Positions 1 through 9,490 of a DNA stretch of 57,774 nucleotides are shown in pieces; positions within the stretch are counted from its first letter, which is position 1, and each line of letters opens with the position of its first letter. The stretch spans positions 1-57,774 of the forward strand of contig JANOPU010000073.1 in the NCBI GenBank assembly GCA_031422055.1, given 5' to 3'. Below the pieces are notes generated by a model. It was not told the origin of the DNA. It saw only the letters and a program-made list of their open reading frames with translations, and did not search any database. The translations under genes and the position numbers were made by a program. The DNA comes from Ferruginibacter sp. Its GTDB lineage: Bacteria > Bacteroidota > Bacteroidia > Chitinophagales > Chitinophagaceae.

Positions 1-806
1 AACTTGAAAGCGGTGTCTTTCTCCTGTTCCCGATCCTTGTATGTGATCAGAAATTGAATTTCAAATCCTTCCTCTTTTAATTCCTTTTTATAGATACTTC
101 GCATAAAATGCAGGATGGAACCTTTGTATGCTTTTTGCCTTGCCAATTCCCAGGTGTTTTTTTGTTCATTATTTGTTGTAGTCATTTCCTCGAACAAGGG
201 ATAACCTGTATAAAGACTTACCTGTGTTTCATAAGCGTGGGCAAAAGAGTCCAGTGTGTATTTGATATGATAACCAAGTGCTTTGTTCTCTAACAGCAAA
301 GGTTCAGATGCCATAACCTTTAACCTGTTCTTCTTTTTTGAAAAATAAAATTTTAATACTTCCGGGTTTGTAATGGTACATGACGCACTGTTCGTTGTTT
401 TTCCAATAAAGTTTTCTAAAAAAAAATTGCCGTATTTTTTCCAGCCATCTTTTACTTCTGTAGTTGACACTATTGCAACGGCTTCCATTTCCTTTTCTTT
501 TGGCTTTAATTCAAAATAAAGGTTTCGGTTCTCGGCATCGGATGAAGTAATTCGTTTGCTTTCTGTAGTAAAACCGGTAAATGTTATTACCAGTTCGTAT
601 CCTCCGGCTGGCAGTTGTAAATTGAATTTACCTTCCGCATTTGTTGTTGTTCCAATGGTGGTATTTTGAGCAAATACAGAAGCTCCCTGTAAAGGCTGGT
701 TCGATTCTTTATTGAATACTGTTCCGCTGATATAAAAATCATTTGACTGTGAAGAGCCAATGATTGTAAGAAAAGAAAAGAATACAACAATAAATATTTT
801 CTTCAT
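1..806 (-). CDS. Secreted protein with carboxypeptidase-regulatory-like (CarbopepD_reg_2) N-terminal domain; runs off the left edge
   Basis: Not in the ORF track because it is truncated. Manual translation from ATG at 806: MKKIFIVVFFSFLTIIGSSQSNDFYISGTVFNKESNQPLQGASVFAQNTTIGTTTNAEGKFNLQLPAGGYELVITFTGF..., open to position 1. Signal peptide plus typical 'G.V...PL.GASV...GT.TN.EG.F.L' pattern. Confidence 0.85.
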   Translation of the reverse strand, partial: MKKIFIVVFFSFLTIIGSSQSNDFYISGTVFNKESNQPLQGASVFAQNTTIGTTTNAEGKFNLQLPAGGYELVITFTGFTTESKRITSSDAENRNLYFELKPKEKEMEAVAIVSTTEVKDGWKKYGNFFLENFIGKTTNSASCTITNPEVLKFYFSKKKNRLKVMASEPLLLENKALGYHIKYTLDSFAHAYETQVSLYTGYPLFEEMTTTNNEQKNTWELARQKAYKGSILHFMRSIYKKELKEEGFEIQFLITYKDREQEKDTAFK

Positions 807-845
807 GGTTGTGTACAAAGATTTGATGTAGGGGGCGAAAATACA

Positions 846-1823
846 TCAATGATTGTTAAGTTTTTGTTGCAATGCCCGGCAGGTTGTTTTAATTGTCTGA
901 TCCAGGCTGTTGTATTGAAACGAGGGGAAATATTTTTTTAATTTACTATTATCAAACTGAACTTTTGCCATGGCAGTTGCCGCAGTTTCTTTAGTAAGCA
1001 AAGGATCTGAATTAGTAAATTTACTTTTAACCGATTCCCATCTCCACATGAAAGAAGCAAGAAACGGTGTTACTTTTTTTGCTGGACGTTTTTTATTGAA
1101 TGCATCTGCAATCTGATCAAATATTTCTTTATAACTTTTATTTTCTGCGCTAAGAATAAACCTTTCAGATGATATCTTCGATTCCATCAGTAATATCATG
1201 GCCCTGGCTACATCTTTTACATCAACAAATCCTGTAGTACCTTCCGTATACCATGGAAATTCATTGTAAACAGATTTGAAAATTTTGATAGAACTATCTT
1301 CCCAGTTTCCGTCACCCAAAATAATTGTTGGGTTTACGATAACCGCATTCAATCCCTCGGAAATTCCACGCCATACTTCCATCTCACCCATGAATTTGCT
1401 TTGGCCATACTTACTGTTACTGGTTTCTTCGGTCCATTGCATATTCTCGTTGATCGTTTCATGCTTTCTGATACGCCCAAGTGCTGCTACAGAACTCACA
1501 TGCAACATTTTTTTAACCCCCGCATCCAGTGCAGCATTTACAATATTAGCCGTTCCCTCAACATTTATTTTATATAATTGATCTACCTGCCCCGGAGCAA
1601 AAGATACTTTTCCTGCACAGTGATATAATTCATCAATCCCATCCATTGCCTCCGCTAATTCTATCACATCCAGAATATCACATTTTAATAATCTCAAACC
1701 CTTACAAGCCATATCATCGAGAGGGGTTTTATTGTATATTGCCGTTACTTCTTTACCAGCCGAAAGCAATTGTATGATCAGCTCCTTTCCCAATAAACCT
1801 GCTCCCCCGGTAACTAAAATCAT
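846..1823 (-). CDS. NAD-dependent epimerase/dehydratase (extended SDR)
   Basis: MILVTGGAGLLG Rossmann motif, YGQSK catalytic YxxxK, HVSSVAA. ATG at 1823 preferred over TTG at 1871. Confidence 0.9.
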   Translation of the reverse strand: MILVTGGAGLLGKELIIQLLSAGKEVTAIYNKTPLDDMACKGLRLLKCDILDVIELAEAMDGIDELYHCAGKVSFAPGQVDQLYKINVEGTANIVNAALDAGVKKMLHVSSVAALGRIRKHETINENMQWTEETSNSKYGQSKFMGEMEVWRGISEGLNAVIVNPTIILGDGNWEDSSIKIFKSVYNEFPWYTEGTTGFVDVKDVARAMILLMESKISSERFILSAENKSYKEIFDQIADAFNKKRPAKKVTPFLASFMWRWESVKSKFTNSDPLLTKETAATAMAKVQFDNSKLKKYFPSFQYNSLDQTIKTTCRALQQKLNNH

Positions 1824-1969
1824 AAAAATATTTTTGCAAAGATAGAAGAATGTATTGCGCCATAGAAACAAGAATAGATTTAAGGAGGCTACTAAAAAAA
1901 TACGAGTGACTTTTATTTACTTTTAAATGAATAGATAATTACTACTTTTAGTAAAATAAAATTTATTGA

Positions 1970-3058
1970 ATGCTGATAAAATTTTTTTTCATTTGGATCA
2001 TTAGTGCTGCTTTTGCTCCTATTTGCAAAGCACAAGAGGTATTGTATGAAAAAAAGAACGGGCAGATCATACTAACACAAACCGGTGCTTCCTATTTTGC
2101 CAAGCTTCCGCTTCGTTGTGCAGAAAAAGAATTTCCATATAAAACTGGTATTACGTTTGATGATTCATCATTGGTTACAAAACCTAAAAATTATCATCCG
2201 GCATTTTTCGGATGTTTCGACTGGCACAGCAGTGTTCATGGTCACTGGATGCTTGTTAGGTTATTGAAATTATATCCGGGTATTTATGAGGAACAACAAA
2301 TCAGGCAACTCTTGCATAATCATTTTACCAAAGAAAATATTAACCAGGAGCTCCGGTTATTCAAATCAAAAGATAATAAAAGTTTTGAACGTACTTATGG
2401 GTGGGCCTGGTTGTTGCAACTTCAAAATGAATTGCTTGGCTGGAATGACCCGGATGCAGGAAAATGGGCAGCAGCATTACAACCATTGGCAACTGAATTA
2501 AGCAAACTAACCATTGCATATCTGGATAAACTTGTTTACCCAATACGAGTGGGCGAACACAGCAATCTTGCTTTTGGATTAAGCATGATGTATGATTATG
2601 CATTTGAACAAAAAGACAGCACTTTATTAAAAGCTATTAAAGCATCAGCCATTCGGTTTTATGCTTCTGATAAAAATTGTCCTTTTAACTGGGAACCCGG
2701 TGGAAGCGATTTTCTTAGCCCTTGTCTGGAAGAGGCAAACCTGATGAGAAAGGTTTTGCAAAAAAAACAATTTGGCAACTGGTTAAAACAATTCATGCCG
2801 GCTTTGTTTGCTAGTAAATTGAAAATAGAACCCGGCAAAGTTAAAGACAGAACAGACGGAAAATTAGTGCACCTCGATGGCTTGAATTTAAGCAGGGCCT
2901 GGTGCCTGAAGGGAATTGCATTAGCTATAAATAACATGCATCTATTTCAAATAGCCAATGAACACCTGGAAGCCGCATTGCCACAGATAGCCAGTGGTAA
3001 TTATGCCGGAGAACACTGGCTGGCATCATTTGCTGTTTATGCATTAACCAGTCATTAA
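1970..3058 (+). CDS. DUF2891 family protein with signal peptide
   Basis: HPAFFGCFDWHSSVHGHW, FERTYGWAWLLQL, EPGGSDFLSPCLEEA, HLDGLNLSRAW and Y.GEHWLASFA motifs. Confidence 0.85.
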   Translation: MLIKFFFIWIISAAFAPICKAQEVLYEKKNGQIILTQTGASYFAKLPLRCAEKEFPYKTGITFDDSSLVTKPKNYHPAFFGCFDWHSSVHGHWMLVRLLKLYPGIYEEQQIRQLLHNHFTKENINQELRLFKSKDNKSFERTYGWAWLLQLQNELLGWNDPDAGKWAAALQPLATELSKLTIAYLDKLVYPIRVGEHSNLAFGLSMMYDYAFEQKDSTLLKAIKASAIRFYASDKNCPFNWEPGGSDFLSPCLEEANLMRKVLQKKQFGNWLKQFMPALFASKLKIEPGKVKDRTDGKLVHLDGLNLSRAWCLKGIALAINNMHLFQIANEHLEAALPQIASGNYAGEHWLASFAVYALTSH

Positions 3059-3150
3059 ATATCGTTTGTTTTAGACATGACCCAAATGCACAAAAATTTT
3101 GTTATACAATATTTTTTCATTCTTGCATTTGTGGCTAAAAAAGTAAATTA

Positions 3151-3993
3151 TTAATATTGATAAAACCCTTTCCCTGTTTTTTTACCCAATTCTCCTTTTG
3201 AAACTTTTTCAATTTGTATGGCCGAGGGCTTAAATCGAACTTCGCTTTTAAAAGCATCGTATAAACTTTGTGAAACAGCCAGGTTGATATCCATACCGAT
3301 CAGGTCCATTAGTTTAAAGGGGCCCATTTTAAATCCGGAAGCTTCCATGATCTCATCAACATTTTCAAAAGTTGCTATGTTTTGTTCAACCAGCTTCATT
3401 GCTTCCAGATAATAATGCCTGGCAACACGATTCACGATAAACCCCGGGGCGTCTTTACAAAATACCGGAGTCTTATTCATTTTTATACAAACCGCCATTA
3501 ACTCATCAGTTGCTTTATCAGCAGTGTGTTCTCCTTTAACTACTTCAACGAGCTTCATGATCTGTGCCGGATTGAAAAAATGCATTCCTGCAACACGGTT
3601 TGGATTTATTATACTTTTTTGCAGTTCAGTAATTGAAAGTGATGAAGTATTACTGGCGAAAATGCATTCAGATGAATTTATTTCAGCTAGTTTATTAAAC
3701 AAATTAATCTTAACATCAATGATCTCTACTATTGCTTCAATTACAAGATCAGCTTTGCAATCAGACAATAATGAAGAGAATAATATGCGATCAAGTATTT
3801 CTTTGCTTTCTTCCGGAGAAATTTTTTGTTTTACTAAAAGGAATTCAAGGTTCTTAATGATCCCATTTTTAGCTTTGCTTAATACCAGCTCATTGGTATC
3901 GAATAATATAACATTAAAACCGCTTTGAGCAGCAGCCATGGCTATTCCGCTACCCATTGTGCCGGCACCGGCTACAACTATTTTTTTTATCAT
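3151..3993 (-). CDS. 3-hydroxyacyl(butyryl)-CoA dehydrogenase
   Basis: GAGTMGSGIA, ASNTSSL, GMHFFNPA, PGFIVNR and MGPF.L.D.IG.D motifs. Confidence 0.92.
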   Translation of the reverse strand: MIKKIVVAGAGTMGSGIAMAAAQSGFNVILFDTNELVLSKAKNGIIKNLEFLLVKQKISPEESKEILDRILFSSLLSDCKADLVIEAIVEIIDVKINLFNKLAEINSSECIFASNTSSLSITELQKSIINPNRVAGMHFFNPAQIMKLVEVVKGEHTADKATDELMAVCIKMNKTPVFCKDAPGFIVNRVARHYYLEAMKLVEQNIATFENVDEIMEASGFKMGPFKLMDLIGMDINLAVSQSLYDAFKSEVRFKPSAIQIEKVSKGELGKKTGKGFYQY

Positions 3994-4012
3994 GTAGCAA
4001 AAATAAACGTTT

Positions 4013-4052
4013 AAAAAGAGATGACATCTTTGCTGTCTAAAGATGTCATCTC
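4013..4052 (-). terminator. Intrinsic terminator after the ompA-like gene
   Basis: Perfect 14-bp IR gagatgacatcttt (4018-4031) / aaagatgtcatctc (4039-4052), followed by a T5 tract on the minus strand. Confidence 0.8.
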
Positions 4053-4060
4053 CACAATTT

Positions 4061-4780
4061 TTAATTCTTACCTGCTTCCTGTTTTGCTTCTGCTTTCATT
4101 TTTTCATTGGCAGTGATCACAAACTGAACGCGCCTGTTTAATGCCCTGTTTGCATCGCTGTCATTGGGCACTTTGGGCTGGCTTTCACCATACCAACGGG
4201 TGATCAACCTTGATGAAGTTACTCCTGCAGATCTTAAATAATCACCCACTGCATCTGCCCTTCTTTGAGAAAGACCCATATTGTATGTATCTGTTCCCAC
4301 ATCATCGGTATGGCCTTCGATCAGGATATTTGTTTCGGGATATTCGGAAAATATTTTTTGTAATTTATTGAGCGCCAGTTTGGAATTACTATTGATATTA
4401 TATTTATTGGTTTCAAAATATACACCGGCTTTGGTTCCATCCGGATTGTTCTCATCGAAGGTAACATCGATCCCTTCCCCAACTCTTTCAACTTTTGCAC
4501 CTGGTAATTCTGTTTTTATTTTTTCTGCCTGCTTATCCATTTTATTTCCAATGATACCTCCGGCAGCACCACCAACTGCGGCTCCTAAAATAGCTCCGAG
4601 TGCTGTATTATTTTTATTCCCTACATTATTACCGATCACACCACCAATCACCGCACCTGCAGCAGCACCAACTACTACACCTTTATCCCTATTGCTAGTT
4701 TTTCTTACAGTTTCACAACTGCTGATTAATACCATGAACGATGCTGCAACTAAAAACAGGTTTTTGCTTATATTTTTCAT
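4061..4780 (-). CDS. OmpA family lipoprotein with glycine zipper
   Basis: Lipobox ISSC, GAAAGAVIGG glycine zipper, EGHTD...LSQRRA...NRRV OmpA-C motifs. Confidence 0.92.
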   Translation of the reverse strand: MKNISKNLFLVAASFMVLISSCETVRKTSNRDKGVVVGAAAGAVIGGVIGNNVGNKNNTALGAILGAAVGGAAGGIIGNKMDKQAEKIKTELPGAKVERVGEGIDVTFDENNPDGTKAGVYFETNKYNINSNSKLALNKLQKIFSEYPETNILIEGHTDDVGTDTYNMGLSQRRADAVGDYLRSAGVTSSRLITRWYGESQPKVPNDSDANRALNRRVQFVITANEKMKAEAKQEAGKN

Positions 4781-4796
4781 ACTGCGTTATATTATG

Positions 4797-5288
4797 TTAG
4801 TTTCTTACAAAATTGTAAATAAATGATGCCGGTTTACCTTCGAAAGTTATATCGGACCTTAACTGCATATTATAGTTATCAAGTTTTAAAATCGTAAACC
4901 TGAATCCTCCACCATCATCGATATCTTTATACTTTTCATCTAATCTTTTAAATTGTAACAACTTGGGGTCCGCAGCAGTTGCTTCATAAACAGACCATCT
5001 TATATTTCTTTTAATAAAAGCACATTCATTGCCGTTTTTATTTATCGTATAAATTCCCAGGCTATTGCGATCATTAAAGCTCCAACTGCTTCCAATAAAA
5101 CAATTAAAATCTGCTTCATTAAAAAACGAAGCTTTGAATTTCTCTGGTATTTTTTCTGTAACAACTGTTTGTAATAGCCAGTTGCCATCAATTGTTTTTT
5201 TATAAGTACGGGCTTGTTTGGAAGATGAACAGGAAGCAAAGAGGCATGCAACCATTATTAGACTATATAATAAGTTAGCTTTTTTCAT
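4797..5288 (-). CDS. Lipocalin-like lipoprotein
   Basis: Lipobox FASC, IDGNWLL lipocalin N-terminal motif; 16 bp upstream of the ompA gene. Confidence 0.75.
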   Translation of the reverse strand: MKKANLLYSLIMVACLFASCSSSKQARTYKKTIDGNWLLQTVVTEKIPEKFKASFFNEADFNCFIGSSWSFNDRNSLGIYTINKNGNECAFIKRNIRWSVYEATAADPKLLQFKRLDEKYKDIDDGGGFRFTILKLDNYNMQLRSDITFEGKPASFIYNFVRN

Positions 5289-5425
5289 AACAGTGTTTTT
5301 GTTTTACTGCTATAAATTTTCAATTATCATGCCAACAAACATTTCATACCACAATACCTCAGCCTGTGTGCATACAAATTGTTTAAGAAGTTATATAAGG
5401 AATAACAATATCTAAGTTGGGAATA

Positions 5426-6460
5426 TTATATTGCTGCAGTAAATTGTTTTAAGAATCGCAGATCATTCTCACTAAACAAACGAAGGTCTTTTACCTGGTA
5501 ACTTAACATAGTGATACGTTCAATGCCCATACCAAATGCGAAGCCTGTATATTTATTACTATCGATACCGCAATTATCCAACACTGCCGGATGTACCATT
5601 CCACAACCAAGAATTTCTACCCAACCTGTTTTTTTACAAACATTACAACCATCTCCGCCACAAATCAGGCAACTGATATCCATTTCTGCACTTGGTTCTG
5701 TAAATGGAAAATAGGAAGGCCGGAACCTGATCTTTACTCTATCGCCAAACAATTCCTGAACGAAAAAGTAAAGCGTTTGTTTCAGATCTGCGAAGGATAC
5801 ATTTTCAGCTATGTATAACCCTTCTACCTGGTTAAAAAAGCAATGAGCTCTTGCACTAATGGTTTCATTACGATACACCCTTCCAGGGCAAATGATCCGA
5901 AGTGGTAAAATGCCTTTTTGCATTTCCCTTATCTGTACACTGCTTGTATGTGTACGCAATAACCAATCAGGATGCTGACTTACATAAAAAGTATCCTGCA
6001 TATCTCTGGCAGGATGATTTTCGGGAAGATTGAGTGCAGTAAAATTATGCCAGTCATCTTCTATTTCGGGGCCTTCTGCTACTGCAAAACCCAGCCGGTG
6101 AAAAATGGAAATGATTTTATTTTGTATGATACTTATCGGGTGCCTGCTTCCTAATGGTAAAGCATCTCCGGGAAGTGAAACATCAATAGTAGCTGAATTT
6201 TTTTCTGATGAACTAACGGTATATTTATTTTGAAAAGATTCAAATATTGCTTCGGTAAATAATTTGAACTCATTGAGTAACTGGCCGGCTTCCTTCTTTT
6301 TTTCAGGAGCAACCGTTTTCATTTCACCCATGATCGTTTTAACCAGCCCTTTTGTGCCAAGGTATTTTATTCTGAAAGCTTCCAGTTCTTCCTTGTTTGT
6401 AACAACAGTTTCACTGATCTCATTTTTAATTTTTTCTATCTGTGCCAACAAATTTTCCAT
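5426..6460 (-). CDS. pheS: Phenylalanine--tRNA ligase alpha subunit
   Basis: HPARDMQDTF, LRTHTS, RPSYFPFTEPS and GFAFGMGIER motifs. Confidence 0.98.
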   Translation of the reverse strand: MENLLAQIEKIKNEISETVVTNKEELEAFRIKYLGTKGLVKTIMGEMKTVAPEKKKEAGQLLNEFKLFTEAIFESFQNKYTVSSSEKNSATIDVSLPGDALPLGSRHPISIIQNKIISIFHRLGFAVAEGPEIEDDWHNFTALNLPENHPARDMQDTFYVSQHPDWLLRTHTSSVQIREMQKGILPLRIICPGRVYRNETISARAHCFFNQVEGLYIAENVSFADLKQTLYFFVQELFGDRVKIRFRPSYFPFTEPSAEMDISCLICGGDGCNVCKKTGWVEILGCGMVHPAVLDNCGIDSNKYTGFAFGMGIERITMLSYQVKDLRLFSENDLRFLKQFTAAI

Positions 6461-6625
6461 GTGGCAAAGATAAGCTTATGTAAGAAAGTTGGTATGGAGC
6501 CGGGTATAAAACAACAGTCTATTTTGAAAAAACAGAAAAATGCCTGTTCAATGCAGAAACTTAGGAATTTTTTGGGAAGTATTTATCGAATTATATTCTA
6601 TTTTTAACCTCTAAAATTTATAATT

Positions 6626-7393
6626 ATGTCATTATTCAAATCCGGTAACCCCACTTTATCAGAAAACAGATTTCGGGATACTGTTTTAGCCGATGTATTA
6701 GTTCATGAAAATGCTATGACATTAAAAGGCACACTGAATAAGTTTGGCTTTTTATTTTTAATGGTATTGGGTACCGCATTTTATTCCTGGAAAGAATTTG
6801 CAGATGGTGGAAATGTTGTTCCATTAATATGGACAGGTGCATTGGGCGGCCTGGTAGTTGCCATTGTTTTGGTATTTAAAAAAGAATGGGCTCCTTTCCT
6901 TGCTCCCTTATATGCTTTACTGGAAGGATTATTTATTGGAGCAATCTCATCTATGTATAATGCTGCCTTTGCAGAAAAAGCACCAAACCTTATCATCAAT
7001 GCCGTTGGATTGACATTTGGTGTTGCTATTGCCATGTATCTTTTGTACAGTTTCCGGATCATTAAAGCAACAGAAAAATTCAAATCTATTGTTATCACAG
7101 CAACTGTTGGTATTGCTATTTTTTATGTATTGGTTATGCTCTTGCGTATGTTTGGCTTTGACAATATGCCTTTTCTTCATGAGGGCAGTGTATTCGGAAT
7201 ACTTTTTTCTTTGTTTGTTGTTTCCATAGCTGCACTCAATCTTATTTTAGATTTTGATATGATAGAAAAAGGGGCTGAAATGGGAGCGCCAAAATATATG
7301 GAGTGGTACGGAGCTTTTGGTTTATTGGTAACGATCGTTTGGTTATATCTTGAAATACTTAGGCTGCTGTCAAAGATCAGCGGGAGAAAGTAA
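6626..7393 (+). CDS. Bax inhibitor-1/YccA family membrane protein
   Basis: SGNP N-terminus, about 7 TM helices, LILDFD.IE.G...GAPKYMEWYGAFGLLVTIVWLYLEILRLL. Confidence 0.9.
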   Translation: MSLFKSGNPTLSENRFRDTVLADVLVHENAMTLKGTLNKFGFLFLMVLGTAFYSWKEFADGGNVVPLIWTGALGGLVVAIVLVFKKEWAPFLAPLYALLEGLFIGAISSMYNAAFAEKAPNLIINAVGLTFGVAIAMYLLYSFRIIKATEKFKSIVITATVGIAIFYVLVMLLRMFGFDNMPFLHEGSVFGILFSLFVVSIAALNLILDFDMIEKGAEMGAPKYMEWYGAFGLLVTIVWLYLEILRLLSKISGRK

Positions 7394-7433
7394 AGCTTAT
7401 AGCCATTAGCTAATAGCTATAAGCCAGGATAGT

Positions 7434-7826
7434 TTACAACTCTTGTAACAGATTTTTTACCTTGCTCCGGATTAGGTCCCTTACCTTATTAAATTCTTCG
7501 GGTTCCATATTTTTCGGATCGGGAATTTCCCAGTCAACAAATTTTTTTGTAGGCATCCATGGACAAGCATCCCCGCAACCCATGGTTACCACTGCATCAA
7601 AAGGGGCATACTTTTTTACTTGCTCTAAACTTTTACTGTCATGCTTGCTCAGATCATAACCCAATTCCTTCATGGCAGCAATGGCTTTGGGGTTTACTAT
7701 TCCGGATGGTTTGCTACCGGCACTGTAGGCTTCAATATTTGAGCCGCCGAGCATTTTTGCAAAAGCCTGGCTCATCTGGCTTCGGTTGCTGTTTTCGATG
7801 CAGACAAAAAGTATTTTCTTTTTCAT
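7434..7826 (-). CDS. arsC: Arsenate reductase, LMW-PTP/thioredoxin type
   Basis: P-loop CIENSNRSQ, GCGDACP resolving cysteines, W.IPDP; last gene of the ars cluster. Confidence 0.88.
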   Translation of the reverse strand: MKKKILFVCIENSNRSQMSQAFAKMLGGSNIEAYSAGSKPSGIVNPKAIAAMKELGYDLSKHDSKSLEQVKKYAPFDAVVTMGCGDACPWMPTKKFVDWEIPDPKNMEPEEFNKVRDLIRSKVKNLLQEL

Positions 7827-7855
7827 TATTTTTAATAGTTAGAATAATATACTTC

Positions 7856-8734
7856 TTAGCAACAACCACTTTCGGGTTCACAACAATTCCTTTCATCTTT
7901 TTCAGATCTGCCTGGCTGGTTTGCTGGTTTTTCTGCATAAACAGTGATGCTGGTAATTTTTGTATTCCCGTTTTTATATGCAATTATCTCCTCAGTACTT
8001 AAATAATTTGCCAGGATATTGTCCGGAATAAGAATGGATTTATCTTTTTGCAGTTGAATATTATTAAAACCAACCGTTTCAATTATTTCAAGATATACTT
8101 GTCTTTGAATAGCGCCAGAAACGCAGCCAGCATAGAGTTCTGCCACTTCTTTCCATTTGGCCGGTAATTCTCCTTCCAGTACAATATCAGAAATGGAAAA
8201 GTGGCCTCCGGGTTTCAATACCCTGAATATTTCACTGATCACTTTGTGTTTATTGGGTACTAAATTCAATACACAGTTGCTTACAATTACATCCGCATAA
8301 TTCGATGTTACCGGCATATCATCAATATCACCCAATCTGAATTCGACATTATTAAATTTTAGCTTTTCTGCATTAGCCCTTGCTTTTGCAATCATTGCTT
8401 CCGTAAAATCTATACCCAGTACTTTTCCGTTTTCACCAACAGATCTCCGGGCAATGAACGCATCGTTACCTGCGCCACTGCCAAGGTCAATTACGGTATC
8501 GCCTTCTTTAATAATTGCAAATTCTGTTGGTAAACCACAACCCAGACCCAGGTCGGCATCAGGATTATAGCCTTCCAGTTTTGAGTAATCATCAGCCATA
8601 ATATTGTAGACTTCATCTCCGCAACAGGCAGCTGTGGCTCCACAACAGGAACCAGCATTTTGCTCTTTACTTTGTTCAGCTATATCAGCGTACTTTTTTT
8701 TTACGAGTTCTTTCATTTGAAGTTCATTATTCAT
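7856..8734 (-). CDS. arsM: Arsenite S-adenosylmethionine methyltransferase
   Basis: SCCG, LGLGCGLP, DLGSGAG, SNCVLNL and GCVSGA motifs; C-terminal CC pairs. Confidence 0.92.
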   Translation of the reverse strand: MNNELQMKELVKKKYADIAEQSKEQNAGSCCGATAACCGDEVYNIMADDYSKLEGYNPDADLGLGCGLPTEFAIIKEGDTVIDLGSGAGNDAFIARRSVGENGKVLGIDFTEAMIAKARANAEKLKFNNVEFRLGDIDDMPVTSNYADVIVSNCVLNLVPNKHKVISEIFRVLKPGGHFSISDIVLEGELPAKWKEVAELYAGCVSGAIQRQVYLEIIETVGFNNIQLQKDKSILIPDNILANYLSTEEIIAYKNGNTKITSITVYAEKPANQPGRSEKDERNCCEPESGCC

Positions 8735-8758
8735 GGTATATTATTTTTATTGTTATTA

Positions 8759-9006
8759 ACCTGAGTTCGGGATAATATGTTTTATAAATTGTTAGTTACT
8801 AATTGGTTGTTGTTCTCTACTTTTTTTCTTGACAAAAAAAGTAGCAAAAAAATCAAGGCAGGAACGATTACAGCCCGTTCCTGCCGTATCACTTTAATCA
8901 ACTTTTGCACTACTGTAGCTTCAACATTTGTTCTTTACTCTTAGATTCAAAGCACTTCAATTAATAGTAATCAATTTTCAGTTTGTTACTTAACCCGAAC
9001 TCAGGT
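8759..9006. mobile_element. MITE copy 1 (248 bp, IS982-like ends)
   Basis: TIR ACCTGAGTTCGGG / CCCGAACTCAGGT; 5-bp flanking duplication TATTA (8754-8758 and 9007-9011); colinear homologue at 15126-15459; no transposase. Confidence 0.85.
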
Positions 9007-9017
9007 TATTAATTATT

Positions 9018-9353
9018 TCAACAACATGATTTTTCGTTCTGAACTTTAAGTTTATTGAACAAAAAACTGAACTCTCCCATAAATTTTTCAAAGGATTTCC
9101 AGTTGATACAATAGCAACTTCTTGGTCCGTCTACATTTCCATTTATCAGACCGGCATTTTTCAATTCTTTCAGGTGCTGGCTTACGGTACTTTGAGCAAG
9201 AGGCAATATTTTTACAATCTCACCACAAATACACTCATTTCGTTGAGCCAGTACTTTTAAAATTGCAATACGAGCGGGATGCGCCATTGCTTTGGCAAAT
9301 GCTGCGAGTTCCTGTTCTTTTTGAGTAAATTCTTCTTTTTTATGAATAGCCAT
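9018..9353 (-). CDS. arsR: ArsR/SmtB family repressor
   Basis: [27 protein letters not shown] helix-turn-helix, C-terminal CC; heads the arsM-arsC genes. Confidence 0.92.
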   Translation of the reverse strand: MAIHKKEEFTQKEQELAAFAKAMAHPARIAILKVLAQRNECICGEIVKILPLAQSTVSQHLKELKNAGLINGNVDGPRSCYCINWKSFEKFMGEFSFLFNKLKVQNEKSCC

Positions 9354-9368
9354 AGTTTTTAATCTTAT

Positions 9369-9384
9369 ATCGCAAATATACGAT
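9369..9384 (-). promoter_or_regulatory. Probable ArsR operator overlapping the -7 promoter element
   Basis: ATCG-caaatata-CGAT dyad 16 bp upstream of arsR; it contains TATATTTG (TAnnTTTG) on the minus strand. Confidence 0.6.
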
Positions 9385-9490
9385 TTAATAAATTACTGCA
9401 AAATAAAATTTCATTTATTGACCATTTATTAAAATTCAGGTATTTAAAAGCATAAAAACACTTAAATTGTACGTCTAAAATGAATTATAC

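Noticed and set aside
5426-6460. pheS without adjacent pheT
   Set aside because: Common arrangement in Bacteroidota
7394-7424. agcttatagccattagctaatagctataagc dyad; similar weak dyads near 3083-3136, 12345-12390 and 33756-33815
   Set aside because: Most lie between convergent genes or just after stops and may simply be terminators; no empty site or second copy in the window
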